Part shown: positions 46,243 to 57,049 of the stretch, one piece after another
How the letters are laid out: each line of letters begins with the position of its first letter
How positions within the stretch are numbered: position 1 is the stretch's first letter
Origin: Oopsacas minuta
Taxonomy: Eukaryota; Animalia; Porifera
Assembly (NCBI GenBank): GCA_024704765.1
Contig: JAKMXF010000111.1
Location: 1,132,619-1,196,618, forward strand
Direction: 5' to 3'
DNA length: 64,000 nt
The notes under the pieces: model-generated
The model's database searches: none
Told to the model about the DNA's origin: nothing
What the model saw: the letters and a program-made list of their open reading frames with translations, nothing else
Position numbers and translations under genes: made by a program

Positions 46243-48379
46243 ATGAGCCAAAGGCTCGTCGCTTCGCGATGAACTCGGGCGCATTATGCCTCGAGGTATC
46301 CATTATTCCCCTAATTGACGGCCCCTGTGAGTACTATATTATTACTCAAAGGGTATAATATATGATAAAACAATGTAATCCACAAATATGCGTATAAGGC
46401 ATAAATATTTTGAATTATTTGTAAGATCAACCCCCATTGTAGCCGTTGAGACCAAGTATCTACGTAAATGTGGAGATTTTGCTAATTTGTTTACTTTATA
46501 TTCATAAAAACGAAAATAAATTTACATATTAACGGACAAACAAACAAACAATATCATATTCGGACTCAGCATACTCGATTACCCCAGTATAGTCGTAAAA
46601 AATATGAATCTACCTCGATTTTGGAATTTGTTTACTTTATGTACCTAATAGTAAACAAATATTCACAATATGGTGTTTATAATACAACATTCGGACTTAG
46701 TATACTCAATTACCCCAGTATAGTTTGTAAGTATGATTCTGCAACAATATTGAAATTTTACTTTATGTACCTAAAAGTAAACAAATATCCACAATATGTT
46801 ATATACAATATCATATTTGGGCTCGGCATACACGATTACGTCAGTATAACAATTGAAAGCATGTTTCTACAACAATTTTGAAATTTGTTTACTGCACACT
46901 TATACAAACAACAATAAATTTACATATGAGAAACTTGAAATGCGAAATTCGGAATCAGGGTACCGTGTTACCTCTGGGTAGCAGTTTAGAGCAAGCCCGT
47001 ATGTATATTTTGAAATTCGGCTAATTTGCTTACTGTATATTCATAAAAACAACAATAAAAGTTTCGAACAGTTTCCAGCAGTTTCCAGCAGTTTCCAGCA
47101 GTTTCCAGCAGTTTCCAGCAGTTTCTAGCAGTTTCCAGCAGTTTCCAGCAGTTTCTAGCAGTTTCCAGCAGTTTCTAGCAGTTTCCAGCAGTTTCTAGCA
47201 GTTTCTAGCAGTTTCCAGCAGTTTCCAGCAGTTTCTAGCAGTTTCCAGCAGTTTCCAGCAGTTTCCAGCAGTTTTAGTTAGCAGTTTCCAGCAGTTTCCA
47301 GCAGTTTCTAGCAGTTTCCAGCAGTTTCCAGCAGTTTCTAGCAGTTTCCAGGTTTCGCAGTTTCAGTTTCCAGCAGTTCCAGCAGTTTCTAGCAGTTTCC
47401 AGCAGTTTCCAGCAGTTTCTAGCAGTTTCCAGCAGTTTCCAGCAGTTTCTAGCAGTTTCCAGCAGTTTCCAGCAGTTTCTAGCAGTTTCCAGCAGTTTCC
47501 AGCAGTTTCTAGCAGTTTCCAGCAGTTTCCAGCAGTTTCCAGCAGTTTCCAGCAGTTTCTAGCAGTTTCCAGCAGTTTCCAGCAGTTTCCAGCAGTTTCT
47601 AGCAGTTTCCAGCAGTTTCCAGCATTCCCAGCAGTTTCCAGCATTCCCAGCAGTTCCAGCATTACTACAGTTTCCAGCATTTCCAGCAGTTTCTAGCAGT
47701 TTCTAGCAGTTTCCAGTAGTTTCCGCAGTTTCCAGCAGTTTCCAGTAGTTTCCGCAGTTTCCAGCAGTTTCCAGCAGTTTCTAACAGTGTCTACTTTTAG
47801 CAAGCCTGTACTTATATTTTGAGTTTTGGATTATTTGTTTACTTTATCTCAATTGTTGTCTGTTTGTTTGTTTGTCCGTTGTCAAGGAAAGGATTTACGG
47901 TATGCAATCTTGAAATTGTCTCATAACTATGCATTTATCGTGTTTATCAATGTAGTAGATAGAATTCAATAAAACTTCACTAAATATATCGAACATGCTA
48001 AATCCGATTTTCACACTTTTGGATTAATCATATGTAAATTTATTGCTGTTTTTATGAATATAAAGTAAACAAATTTCGAAATTGAGGTAGAATCATACCT
48101 CAACGACTATCCTGGGGTAATCGAGTATACTGAGTCCGAATATGGTATTGTAAACAAAATATTGTGGATATTTGTTTACTTTTAGGTACATATAGTAAAC
48201 AAATTTCAATATAGTTATAGAATCATACTTTTAACGACTATACTGGGATAATCGAATATGCTGAGTCTGAATATTGTACACAACATCAATAGTATTTAAT
48301 CTCAATTGTTGTTTGTCCGTTGAATACCTCGAGGCGCAATGCGCCGAGTTCGTCGCTTCGCGACGAGCCAAAGGCTCGT
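46243..48379. mobile_element. Non-coding foldback-like repeat: ~130-bp modules in both orientations, central satellite, hairpin-rich inverted ends
   Basis: Modules at 46558, 46689, 46815 and 46947 (plus orientation); inverted modules ending at 48141 and 48272. About 55-bp inverted terminal cassettes at 46243-46299 and 48324-48379. (CAAA)n tracts. Confidence 0.75.
47069..47783 (+). repeat. 10-bp tandem satellite (CAGTTTCCAG/CAGTTTCTAG)n, about 70 units
   Basis: Directly visible tandem array. Confidence 0.99.
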
Positions 48380-49030
48380 ATTCATAAAAACCACAATAAA
48401 TATACATATAATTGATCCAAAAGTGCGAGAATCGGACTCAGCATGTTTGGTATATTTATTGAAGTTTACTGAATTCTATTTTCTTTGTTAATGTTATATA
48501 ATGTAGATATGATGAATATATTTTGTTAGATAAACGTATATAGTTTAGCGGGTATGTATAGGAACGCAGTAACTACATCCGGGATCTCAAAAATATAGTA
48601 ATATAATGTATCTCTCTCAGTCAAGGTTGGCACCCCCCCATTGAGTGGTGCCCGGGGCGGACCGCCCTCCCCACCCCCTTGGTACGCCACTGCGTCTGGG
48701 CCTCCGATACAGTCAGAGGCCCTGTACACGCCGTGAATTAATTCGATAAAAATACCACTCCACAATCTCGGCCATATTTCATTCGGACTAATTTCAGTCA
48801 AAAAATAATTGGCCTTATCCAGTTTAGATGATTCGGCCATATTCCAACAACAAAGTAGTGGTGTAACCATGGGCGTAGGGGGTCAGTTGTCCCCCGCTAC
48901 ACGCCGGTATTCAATAATCAATATTATTAAATCCCAATTATTGTTTGTTTGTCCGTTGTCAAAGAAAGGATTTACGGTATGCAATTTTGAAATTGTCGCA
49001 TAACTGTGTATATATATCGTGTTTAATCAA
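47850..49030 (+). repeat. ~100-bp direct repeat pair (about 47850-47950 and 48935-49030)
   Basis: TTGTTTGTTTGTCCGTTGTCAA(G/A)GAAAGGATTTACGGTATGCAAT(C/T)TTGAAATTGTC is present in both. Confidence 0.85.
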
Positions 49031-49910
49031 ACCCTTAATTCTCGATTTCCAGGGCGCATTTTTGATATCTAATATAAGCAAATAATTTCTGTAATTTCCT
49101 TGAAGGACGGCGTTTTAAAAATTATCTGAACTCGCTAAGACTTCTACTGAATACTCTATTACTTCGTCTTTGGATTATATAACATATCTTTACATAGAAT
49201 AAGTAGATTATTAATGCTTTGTTTTGAATAATAGTTTCAAGTTGGCCTGAAATGTGTACGGAAAAAGGGGGATTCCAACTACAGATTCCGCCCCGGGTAC
49301 CAAAAGTGCTTGGTTCGCCACTGCCCAGACCATTTTGCTATCATCCCGAAAATGAGTACTTATTAGTTATTACTTAATTATATTAATGATTATTCGATAA
49401 ATATAGATTTTCGAGGCCTCTTGGAGCGTAAAGCCAAGTGTTACAGCGAATAGTGTTCCTAGTTAATAAGGTTCCCCCTGAACAATATTCACTTTGGAGT
49501 ATGCATAGTTGTCAACTTTTGAAAAGTGAGACTCGGTTGAAATCCGTGAGACTTGACAACTATGAGTATGGTTCCCCTTTGGTGACTAATGTTCCCCCGA
49601 ACATTATTCACTTGAGAATATTGTTCCCTAAACAGTTCCAATTTGAGCTATTAAAAAAAGTAAAGCCGCATGTGGAATATGTAATTACCTTTGAGAGAGG
49701 ATAAAGGTCTTTATTTACAAATATTGATGTTGGAAAGGGTTAGATTTGTGCAAGTTCCGCATACAGATATATTTATTTTAATCAATTTCTTAACAACATC
49801 TTACAACTACGTGCATTTCCTTTGACCAATCGTGGCCTTGTTGCGAAATGAATTCATTTACCGAATTATCCTGTTTATTTGGAGCATGCTCTAAGTTAAC
49901 TAATTAATTA

Positions 49911-50381
49911 CAGTGGCGTATCCAGGATTATCGTGAGAGGGATGTTCTGGAGCGAGCGATTGTAAGGGGGCCTGGAGAGTCAAGCCCCACAGAAATTTTT
50001 TGAATCTTAGACGCTCAAACATCGATGTACAGCTTTTCTTATCACATAGTAGGAAGAGTGTAATATTGTGCAGTTGTACCAAAGTTGTTTAGATGTTTAT
50101 GTTTAGATAACATGAAAATTTGTTACATAATTTTATTTATACTATTTAGCGAATACAAATTTACTCTACTAATATATTAGCCATCCGGAGTCTTCTGGGA
50201 TATCGCCTGGAAAATTCGTTGAAAAATAATTGTGAAAATTGGATAGCATTCTGTAAACAAGATTCCAAAAGCTCTCCACTTATTAAGGAAAATCGAATTA
50301 TAAATAACAACATATCCCTTATGGAAACCAGTTATGAGGGGGGTGTTTGAACACCCAAATCCCCCCCTGGATACGCCACTG
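49911..50381. mobile_element. 471-bp MITE with hAT-like termini
   Basis: Perfect 16-bp TIR CAGTGGCGTATCCAGG / CCTGGATACGCCACTG. No clear TSD. Related end at about 48675-48692. Confidence 0.8.
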
Positions 50382-50544
50382 CATTATTTAAAATTGTAAT
50401 TCTGCCATTTTATATTAGATAACGTATTTCATCATAACTTGGCTTCTTCATAAATCTTATAAAGTCCATGATTAAGTCTATAAATATATAAATTACACTA
50501 ATTGTCTTAGAAGACTAATTCATTTAATTTATTACAGAAAAATA

Positions 50545-51288
50545 ATGCTTGACATTCTATGGAATAACAAAACAAACTCTACAAACGGGTTACTAGACGG
50601 ACAGTGTAACCTTGTGGATGTGTTCGGTCTATTCATGCAGGCTCTAATTGGTATCGTCGCTTTCAGTACTCTCGTATTGAAGCGATTCAAGGAACCGAGG
50701 AAAGAACGACGACCCTGGAGGATCTGGATAGCTGATACAGCTAAACAAGCTCTAGGCATGATGATGTTACATTTCCTAAATATAATTCTATCAGCTCTGT
50801 TAGAAAACAAACATGATGATCAGTGTGTATGGTATCTCACTAACTTTATGCTAGATTCTACTTTCGGTCTATTCTTTATTTACTTGTTTCTGCTAATCTC
50901 AAAGAAGATTATTCAAAAGCTCAAATTCAGTCCACTGATTTCTGGGGAGTATGGACACCCTTTCAAAATCCATTATTGGCTTGGACAGCTGGTAGTGTAT
51001 CTGTTAGTATTGCTAGCTGTGAAGGTAATCATGTTTTTATTCGCTCTCCTCCCTTTCTGGGTTATACTAGGAAATGCTATACTATTTTTCAAAAATCCTC
51101 TAGCCAGAACAGCTGTAGTAATGTTTGTAATTCCATTTATTGTTAATATAATTATGTTCTGGATAGTAGACAGTGTTCTAATGAAAAGTGTTAACGCAGT
51201 CAAACAACAGACGCCTCATATCATTCACTACAAGAAAGGAGAGGAATTGGAGAGCAGTGAAGACTCAGCACTAATATCTGTAGTCTGA
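50545..51288 (+). CDS. STIMATE: Store-operated calcium entry regulator STIMATE/TMEM110
   Basis: CNLVDVFGLFMQ...LVLKRFKEPRKERRPWRIWIADTAKQ, DDQCVWYLTNFMLDSTFGL, SGEYGHP, VMFVIPFIVNIIMFWIVDSVLM. Confidence 0.92.
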   Translation: MLDILWNNKTNSTNGLLDGQCNLVDVFGLFMQALIGIVAFSTLVLKRFKEPRKERRPWRIWIADTAKQALGMMMLHFLNIILSALLENKHDDQCVWYLTNFMLDSTFGLFFIYLFLLISKKIIQKLKFSPLISGEYGHPFKIHYWLGQLVVYLLVLLAVKVIMFLFALLPFWVILGNAILFFKNPLARTAVVMFVIPFIVNIIMFWIVDSVLMKSVNAVKQQTPHIIHYKKGEELESSEDSALISVV

Positions 51289-51934
51289 ACCCTTCCCCTC
51301 GTATTCTCAATACATAACATGTCCAATGCCTTATACCAATTAACAGGGATATAAATGTTTTAGATCTCATATGCTCCACATGATACGTTTTTGTTACATT
51401 TCATAAAATAATCCTGTATTTGCGTATCATACTGTGACAGCAGAAGTTGTTATTCTCAGTATGGTACAAATAAAAACTCTTGTTTTAATTCTAAACTCAT
51501 TACCCAATGAACATTAGTCTCTTTTGTACTGATCTAATTCAAGTTATGCTTCATACTCAACTTGCTGTTTATTTCTTATTTCATAAACCTAGAGGCGAGG
51601 CCAAAATCGCAACCCACTTAACTCTCTCCATTCGAATATTTTACAAATTATATCATTTTATTCAAATATTTCACGCTAGCATAATTGGAAATATAAATGG
51701 CTCTCCATGACCCCTTTAATAAAGAGTTTAATATGACCGATAAATATATAATTTTTTTTCTGCTAAACTGACCTCCTGGCCCCTCCCCTCCCCAGTTCCT
51801 CAGGATAGGATAGTCTAGTATAGAAGCAAGTTGGGTACTTATATGCACTTTATTTTACTGATAATTTAGCGAGCGATTTAGTAGTCACATCGTGCACGGT
51901 TACATATATTTACTGAGATACACTTGTGGGTGAT

Positions 51935-54900
51935 ATGGAGCCTAATTCTGCGGTTATTCATGCTCAGTGTCGTAAAGAGCTCGCCTCTCAGAGAGAAGAT
52001 TACGAAATGAGTTTATCAGCCTTGATGCACCAACGCACACAATTACGTAAAGAGAAAGACAGCATTACCCAGCAGAGAAACACTCTAGAAGCTGCCTTAG
52101 AGAAATCTAGATCTGATATTGAGCGTCTGAGACATGAGAGAGATGTTGTTCAACAGATCGAGAAGAGTTCTAGAGCTAAATCTAAGAATGAGATAGCTAG
52201 ACTAAGAGAAGCTCTCAGCTCCATACAGTCAGACAGAGACCAGCAACAGAGTGAGTATAATAGACAAAATAAGAGAGTTATATCTCTCACGCAAGAAAAT
52301 AACAGATACTCTCAACAGCTGGAGTCACAAGCTAATGATTTACTCCGCAGAGAGCAAGATGCTGAAATTCTCTTATCAGAGCTAGACAAGTCCCGTAGAG
52401 GATTCGATCAGCTGAGTAGAGATAAGGGTGTTTGTGATGGAGACAGGAGATTACTTGATATTGAGCTAGATGGATTAAGAAAGGAGAGACAGAGTTTACA
52501 AGATACTCTCAGATGTCAGATCGATGTAATTTCACAAATAGCTGAATCAGTTGATCACAAACATAAGGAGAAATTGAAAGCTTTAGCTCGTGAGTTATCC
52601 CGAGCATTAGAGAGTACTGTTACATCAAGTTATAGCACTACTCCCTCCAGTACGTGTAGTTCTTATTCCGTTACTACTAGCAGAGATGAGATATCAGGAT
52701 CCGGGTGCGTTATGGGTGGGCAGATTGACCTTAGGTCCATGTTAGAAGAGATGCAGCAGAGGGGGAGGGGGTCTAGTCTCTCTTTCGGAGCTGGTTCTAA
52801 ATCCAGAAGTTCTAGTCTTACTGGATCTGATAAGAAATTGACAGAGAGACTCAATACAGAACTATTCAGATTCAAAGAACAGAAAGATTGCTTGTCAACA
52901 AAGATGAGTGACTTGAAGGCAGAGAACCAATCCATTAGTGAGAAGTTACTGAGAGAAAACAGACAGAATGAATTATTCAGAGCTGAGCTACAGGAGCTAC
53001 AGAGACATTACGATCAATGTATATCTAGACTGGAGAAAAAAGAACAAGAAACTATGAGACTAAATAATGAGTTAGACAAGATGAAGAGTGAGAGAGACAA
53101 TTTTGATAGAATTGTCAGTACTGATGACATCACAGCTTTTGAAAGAGAGAATCCATTCTCTATACATTTGGGTCCACAATGGCCTCAAGATATTCCCTCG
53201 TGTGTACACGATGAGAATAGTTTCACTATGGTATCAGAACTGACTGATCCTACACTAGCTGGTCTGTCAGCTAGTTTGACAGTTAATGACACTAATACTG
53301 TGTTACAGGCTCAGATAGACGAGACAATTACGAGTAATCTCCCTCCTCGTATTGTCCCATACTCTGTACAGGGTCCCTCCCCTGAACTAGAGGATAGTGA
53401 ACCAATACATCAGGAGTCTCCGGGGTCAGTTGTATCTCGTCTTAGAGAAGAGAGGGAACAGCTGGAGCTAAAACTTCAATCAGCTGAGTTAGACAACTGT
53501 GATCTACGCACTCAGCTGTCTCGAGCTTCTGACAGAAGACCTGCTAGTCAGCTGTTCGAGCGTATCTCTCAGATGGAGACTGAAAAGCAGAAACTCTTAA
53601 CAGAGAATAATCAGCTGAGAGATGAGATGAAATACAGGTCCTCTTCCTCATCAGATGGAGATTGTCTCCAGGAGAGGAACCAACACCTCTCTGCTAAACT
53701 AGTAGAGGCTGTGAGGTTACTGGAGAGTAATAACAGAGAGAAAAAGACACTCATATTTAAGTTATTCGGGTCTGAAGCTAATACAGGCACTGCTTTGAGT
53801 GACGTCACTAGAAGAGTAGATCAAATCTTGTCAGAAAGACAAACACTCTCCTCAACAGTTGACAACTTGTCTGCTCAGCTGTTAAGGAGACAGGAAGAGG
53901 TAGAGTCTTGTCAGATGGTAGAGAGTCTGAGAGGAGAAGTAGCAGTGTTGAAGGAGAGAGTACATGCAGCAGAGGCTGAGAATGTAGAGCTAACACAACA
54001 TCTAGCTGACATGGTACTTGAGAGAGACATGAGACAACAGGAAGTTACACAATCTGATGCAAAATATCGTGAATTAAAGCTACAGAATGATAAGTTAACA
54101 CAGGTTCATGCACAGCTAGGCACAGAGCATGAAGAAGTATCAGCTGAACTACTATTAGCTAGAGATGGATACAGACAGCTTGTGGAGGAGAGAGACAATT
54201 TAGCTCTACAGAACGAGCAGGTTATGGCTCAATGTCAGGATGCTGTAGAGTGTAAGGACCGTGTGGTAGAGGAACATGCAGTTACACTAGCACAGATGGA
54301 CGGATTCTGGAGACTGAGGACAGACCTGGATAGTCCTCGTTCCCATACTCCCACCCACATATGGGGAGAGGGCTGGGATAGAAAGAGGATGGTACTACAG
54401 CTGTCTACTAAGAAGGACCCTGCTATATATCTAGCAGGAGGTAAGGGTCAGCCTCTGCTACCTAATCCTAATGCTATTATTGTAGTAGACGTGTTTCCTA
54501 GTAGTCCTGCTTGTCACTTACTACAACCTGGTGACATCATAGAGTCTATTGATAGTTGTGATTGTTCTCTACTCACTAAATCTGAAGTTATTAACAAGAT
54601 GCTGAGCAGTGAGAGCTCAGCTCCTGAGGTAATCATTTTGAGGAGAAGAGGACCCCACAAGTTGTTAGTTATCCCTGATGCTAAGCCTCCTTCTAGTCGT
54701 ACACAGAGACCCTCTAACCAACTCTCAGCCTCTGCTAGCTTCCCTGGGTCCCGGTCTCCATGCCGTACCCCAGAACCTAGTGAGTTGTTGCTAGACAGCA
54801 AGATATCTCAAGTTAGTCTTACCTCATCTCTTGCTAGTCATAATGAGTTACAGAGACTCAATAGTAAAGGAGGTAACCCTCTCGCGAATTCTTTCACTTC

Positions 54901-57049
54901 TCCTTCCATGCTGAGGACAGAGCAGGTTAATGTTGTACTGTTAGCTAGTAGAGACACTAAGGGAGGATTTGGATTCTCATACTCTTGGGAGAGTCAGTTT
55001 ATCGTATCAGCTCTAACGAAGATTAGTGCTGCTAACTCACAACTAATTCCAGGAGATAAGATCGTTAAAGTTAACGGAGTATCAGTTCTACAGGCGAAAC
55101 CCTCCAGTGTTAAGCGACTAATTAGGAATAACAAGCATGTACTCAAGCTGTCTATCGTCAGATCAGTAATCCCTGGTTCCACTAACGTATTCCTAGCTAA
55201 CCAAGACATATTCAGTGACACAGAAGCAATAGAGGATTCATCTCATCAGAAGAGGGACGGTATGGTAGCTCAGGAGAAAGACTACCATTCAGCAGGAGAG
55301 TCTAAGTCAGAGGACAAAGGATTTATTCGTAACAGACTCTCTTTAATGCGTAGCAAAAAGAGACGGAAATCCAGCATACCAATCCCTGTAGAGAGTGATA
55401 ACGAAGATGTTCATACTAACCCTACTACGAGTGCTCTCAGTAAGATCAAGGCTGTTCGTGTTTTGAGACTTAAAAAGAAGCAGTCATCTTTTCGTGATGA
55501 TTTAGAGTCTCATCGAGAGGATCCCGGGGAAGATAGAAGGACTTATGAGGACACTAGACACCCTTTACACTGTATGGCAGTAGAAGAAGTGTTTGAAGAG
55601 AGAAAGATTGACTGTCCTACTCCCCCTGATAATATTCCTATTCCACCTCCTAGAATACCTACCTTAAAAGGATATATTACCCCACAGACACGAATGAAAT
55701 TGCATCCTAATTACACTCTAACACCAGTACAGCAGGAAGCATCCTCTGAAGAGGATAGAATGAATTCTCCTGGGTTCCTCCTGGCTAGAGATGCTTGTGG
55801 TAGGACTACTTTTAGAAATCTCTCTGACCTAGATAAGAAACTAGCTAATAAGCGTCACAGCCTCACATCAGCACCTATTATTAACTACTCTATGAGTGAG
55901 AGTACAGAGGATATACAGGCTCCGTGTGTGTCTAGATCGGCTGAAGTATTTATACAGAAGAATGAACAATTACAAAAATGTGAGACTGAGACAATGCTAT
56001 CTTCTCAGGACCGTCATAAACCTCAGAGTGAACTCGGTCCTGGCCGTGAGCAATCTGTTTCTCCAGCATTCAGGTCGATATCTCCTATCTCCCTGCAGAG
56101 ATCTCTCATGGAGAAGAAACACTCCCAAGATATCGATCCTATTTCTGGTGAATCTTCTGTTATAGATAGTTTCTTGGATGAAGCCCGTACTCTAGTGTGT
56201 CCTGAACAACAGGTACCTGTTCCTGCCTGGACAGACACGTCACTTGTGCATGAATTCATCAGAGCTAACTTCACTATACAGGGTCACCAGTTCCTTACCG
56301 TTACAGAGGGAGCTGTATATCAAATTCTAGAGCTTAGTCCTCCACAGAAGCCTGGGTTCATGTTGGTAGCTCCTGTCTTCCCTGAGGAGATGCAAGTGAA
56401 GGAGGGACACATCCCAACAGAGAGCACAGGTAAAGAAATGCTTCAAAACCTGAAACCTAATCTAGATTTGCGTAGACTGAAAGTATATTCACCTGTCAAG
56501 CTCTATAAAGGCCCTCGTCCTGTACTTATATTTGGACCTCTCTCTGGAGAGATTGGTCAACAGCTGGAGAAAGCATACACCCCTGAATTCGTGGTATGTC
56601 CTAAAGCATTTGTACGAGCTAATGACGAATCAATGAAGGATCAACTATGTAATGATATTGCTAAGGGCCTTATACTAGATCTAACAGCAAATTCACAGAA
56701 GAGTTATATGTTCTTTGAATTGGATTATATTCAATTACAGATTGGAGATGGTAAACACTCTATTCTTAATTCTAGTCCTAAGATAATTGGCCAGCTGAAA
56801 GAAAAAGGGATTCCTCCTATTTCTATATTAATTAAGGCTAGAAGTCCTAATACAATAATGAGCTTTAGTTCACGCAATCTTTCTGAAAAAGACTGTGTAC
56901 ACATGTTTCAAGCATTCGAACATATTGAGACAGACTTAGAGCCAAATTTACACGCAACCTTAATGCTAGTAAAGATGCCTGTCCTGGTGGAACAGACCCG
57001 GGAAGTTATACAACGTGAACAGGATCGACCTATCTGGATGAATATCTGA
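51935..57049 (+). CDS. Large coiled-coil MAGUK (coiled coil, 2 PDZ, SH3, GK), DLG5/CARMA-like
   Basis: Single ORF (ATG at 51935; track starts at GTG 51926). About 800 aa of coiled coils, PDZ (LLQPGDIIESID), PDZ (GGFGFS...LIPGDKIVKVNG), SH3 (FIRANF...EGHIP), GK (RPVLIFGP, GKHSIL, EQDRPIWM). Confidence 0.85.
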   Translation: MEPNSAVIHAQCRKELASQREDYEMSLSALMHQRTQLRKEKDSITQQRNTLEAALEKSRSDIERLRHERDVVQQIEKSSRAKSKNEIARLREALSSIQSDRDQQQSEYNRQNKRVISLTQENNRYSQQLESQANDLLRREQDAEILLSELDKSRRGFDQLSRDKGVCDGDRRLLDIELDGLRKERQSLQDTLRCQIDVISQIAESVDHKHKEKLKALARELSRALESTVTSSYSTTPSSTCSSYSVTTSRDEISGSGCVMGGQIDLRSMLEEMQQRGRGSSLSFGAGSKSRSSSLTGSDKKLTERLNTELFRFKEQKDCLSTKMSDLKAENQSISEKLLRENRQNELFRAELQELQRHYDQCISRLEKKEQETMRLNNELDKMKSERDNFDRIVSTDDITAFERENPFSIHLGPQWPQDIPSCVHDENSFTMVSELTDPTLAGLSASLTVNDTNTVLQAQIDETITSNLPPRIVPYSVQGPSPELEDSEPIHQESPGSVVSRLREEREQLELKLQSAELDNCDLRTQLSRASDRRPASQLFERISQMETEKQKLLTENNQLRDEMKYRSSSSSDGDCLQERNQHLSAKLVEAVRLLESNNREKKTLIFKLFGSEANTGTALSDVTRRVDQILSERQTLSSTVDNLSAQLLRRQEEVESCQMVESLRGEVAVLKERVHAAEAENVELTQHLADMVLERDMRQQEVTQSDAKYRELKLQNDKLTQVHAQLGTEHEEVSAELLLARDGYRQLVEERDNLALQNEQVMAQCQDAVECKDRVVEEHAVTLAQMDGFWRLRTDLDSPRSHTPTHIWGEGWDRKRMVLQLSTKKDPAIYLAGGKGQPLLPNPNAIIVVDVFPSSPACHLLQPGDIIESIDSCDCSLLTKSEVINKMLSSESSAPEVIILRRRGPHKLLVIPDAKPPSSRTQRPSNQLSASASFPGSRSPCRTPEPSELLLDSKISQVSLTSSLASHNELQRLNSKGGNPLANSFTSPSMLRTEQVNVVLLASRDTKGGFGFSYSWESQFIVSALTKISAANSQLIPGDKIVKVNGVSVLQAKPSSVKRLIRNNKHVLKLSIVRSVIPGSTNVFLANQDIFSDTEAIEDSSHQKRDGMVAQEKDYHSAGESKSEDKGFIRNRLSLMRSKKRRKSSIPIPVESDNEDVHTNPTTSALSKIKAVRVLRLKKKQSSFRDDLESHREDPGEDRRTYEDTRHPLHCMAVEEVFEERKIDCPTPPDNIPIPPPRIPTLKGYITPQTRMKLHPNYTLTPVQQEASSEEDRMNSPGFLLARDACGRTTFRNLSDLDKKLANKRHSLTSAPIINYSMSESTEDIQAPCVSRSAEVFIQKNEQLQKCETETMLSSQDRHKPQSELGPGREQSVSPAFRSISPISLQRSLMEKKHSQDIDPISGESSVIDSFLDEARTLVCPEQQVPVPAWTDTSLVHEFIRANFTIQGHQFLTVTEGAVYQILELSPPQKPGFMLVAPVFPEEMQVKEGHIPTESTGKEMLQNLKPNLDLRRLKVYSPVKLYKGPRPVLIFGPLSGEIGQQLEKAYTPEFVVCPKAFVRANDESMKDQLCNDIAKGLILDLTANSQKSYMFFELDYIQLQIGDGKHSILNSSPKIIGQLKEKGIPPISILIKARSPNTIMSFSSRNLSEKDCVHMFQAFEHIETDLEPNLHATLMLVKMPVLVEQTREVIQREQDRPIWMNI

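Noticed and set aside
47363-47680. 105-aa ORF of repeated LLETAGNCWK
   Set aside because: It is the antisense translation of the 10-bp satellite; no evidence it is a gene.
46380-48300. CRISPR-like appearance of the regularly spaced ~36-bp conserved module cores
   Set aside because: The intervening sequences are themselves homologous rather than unique spacers, the period is about 130 bp, the context is eukaryotic and there are no cas genes.
49438-49704. 88-aa ORF starting at GTG
   Set aside because: Lies in repeat-like sequence with recurring GAACA(A/T)TATTCACT motifs; no protein similarity recognised.
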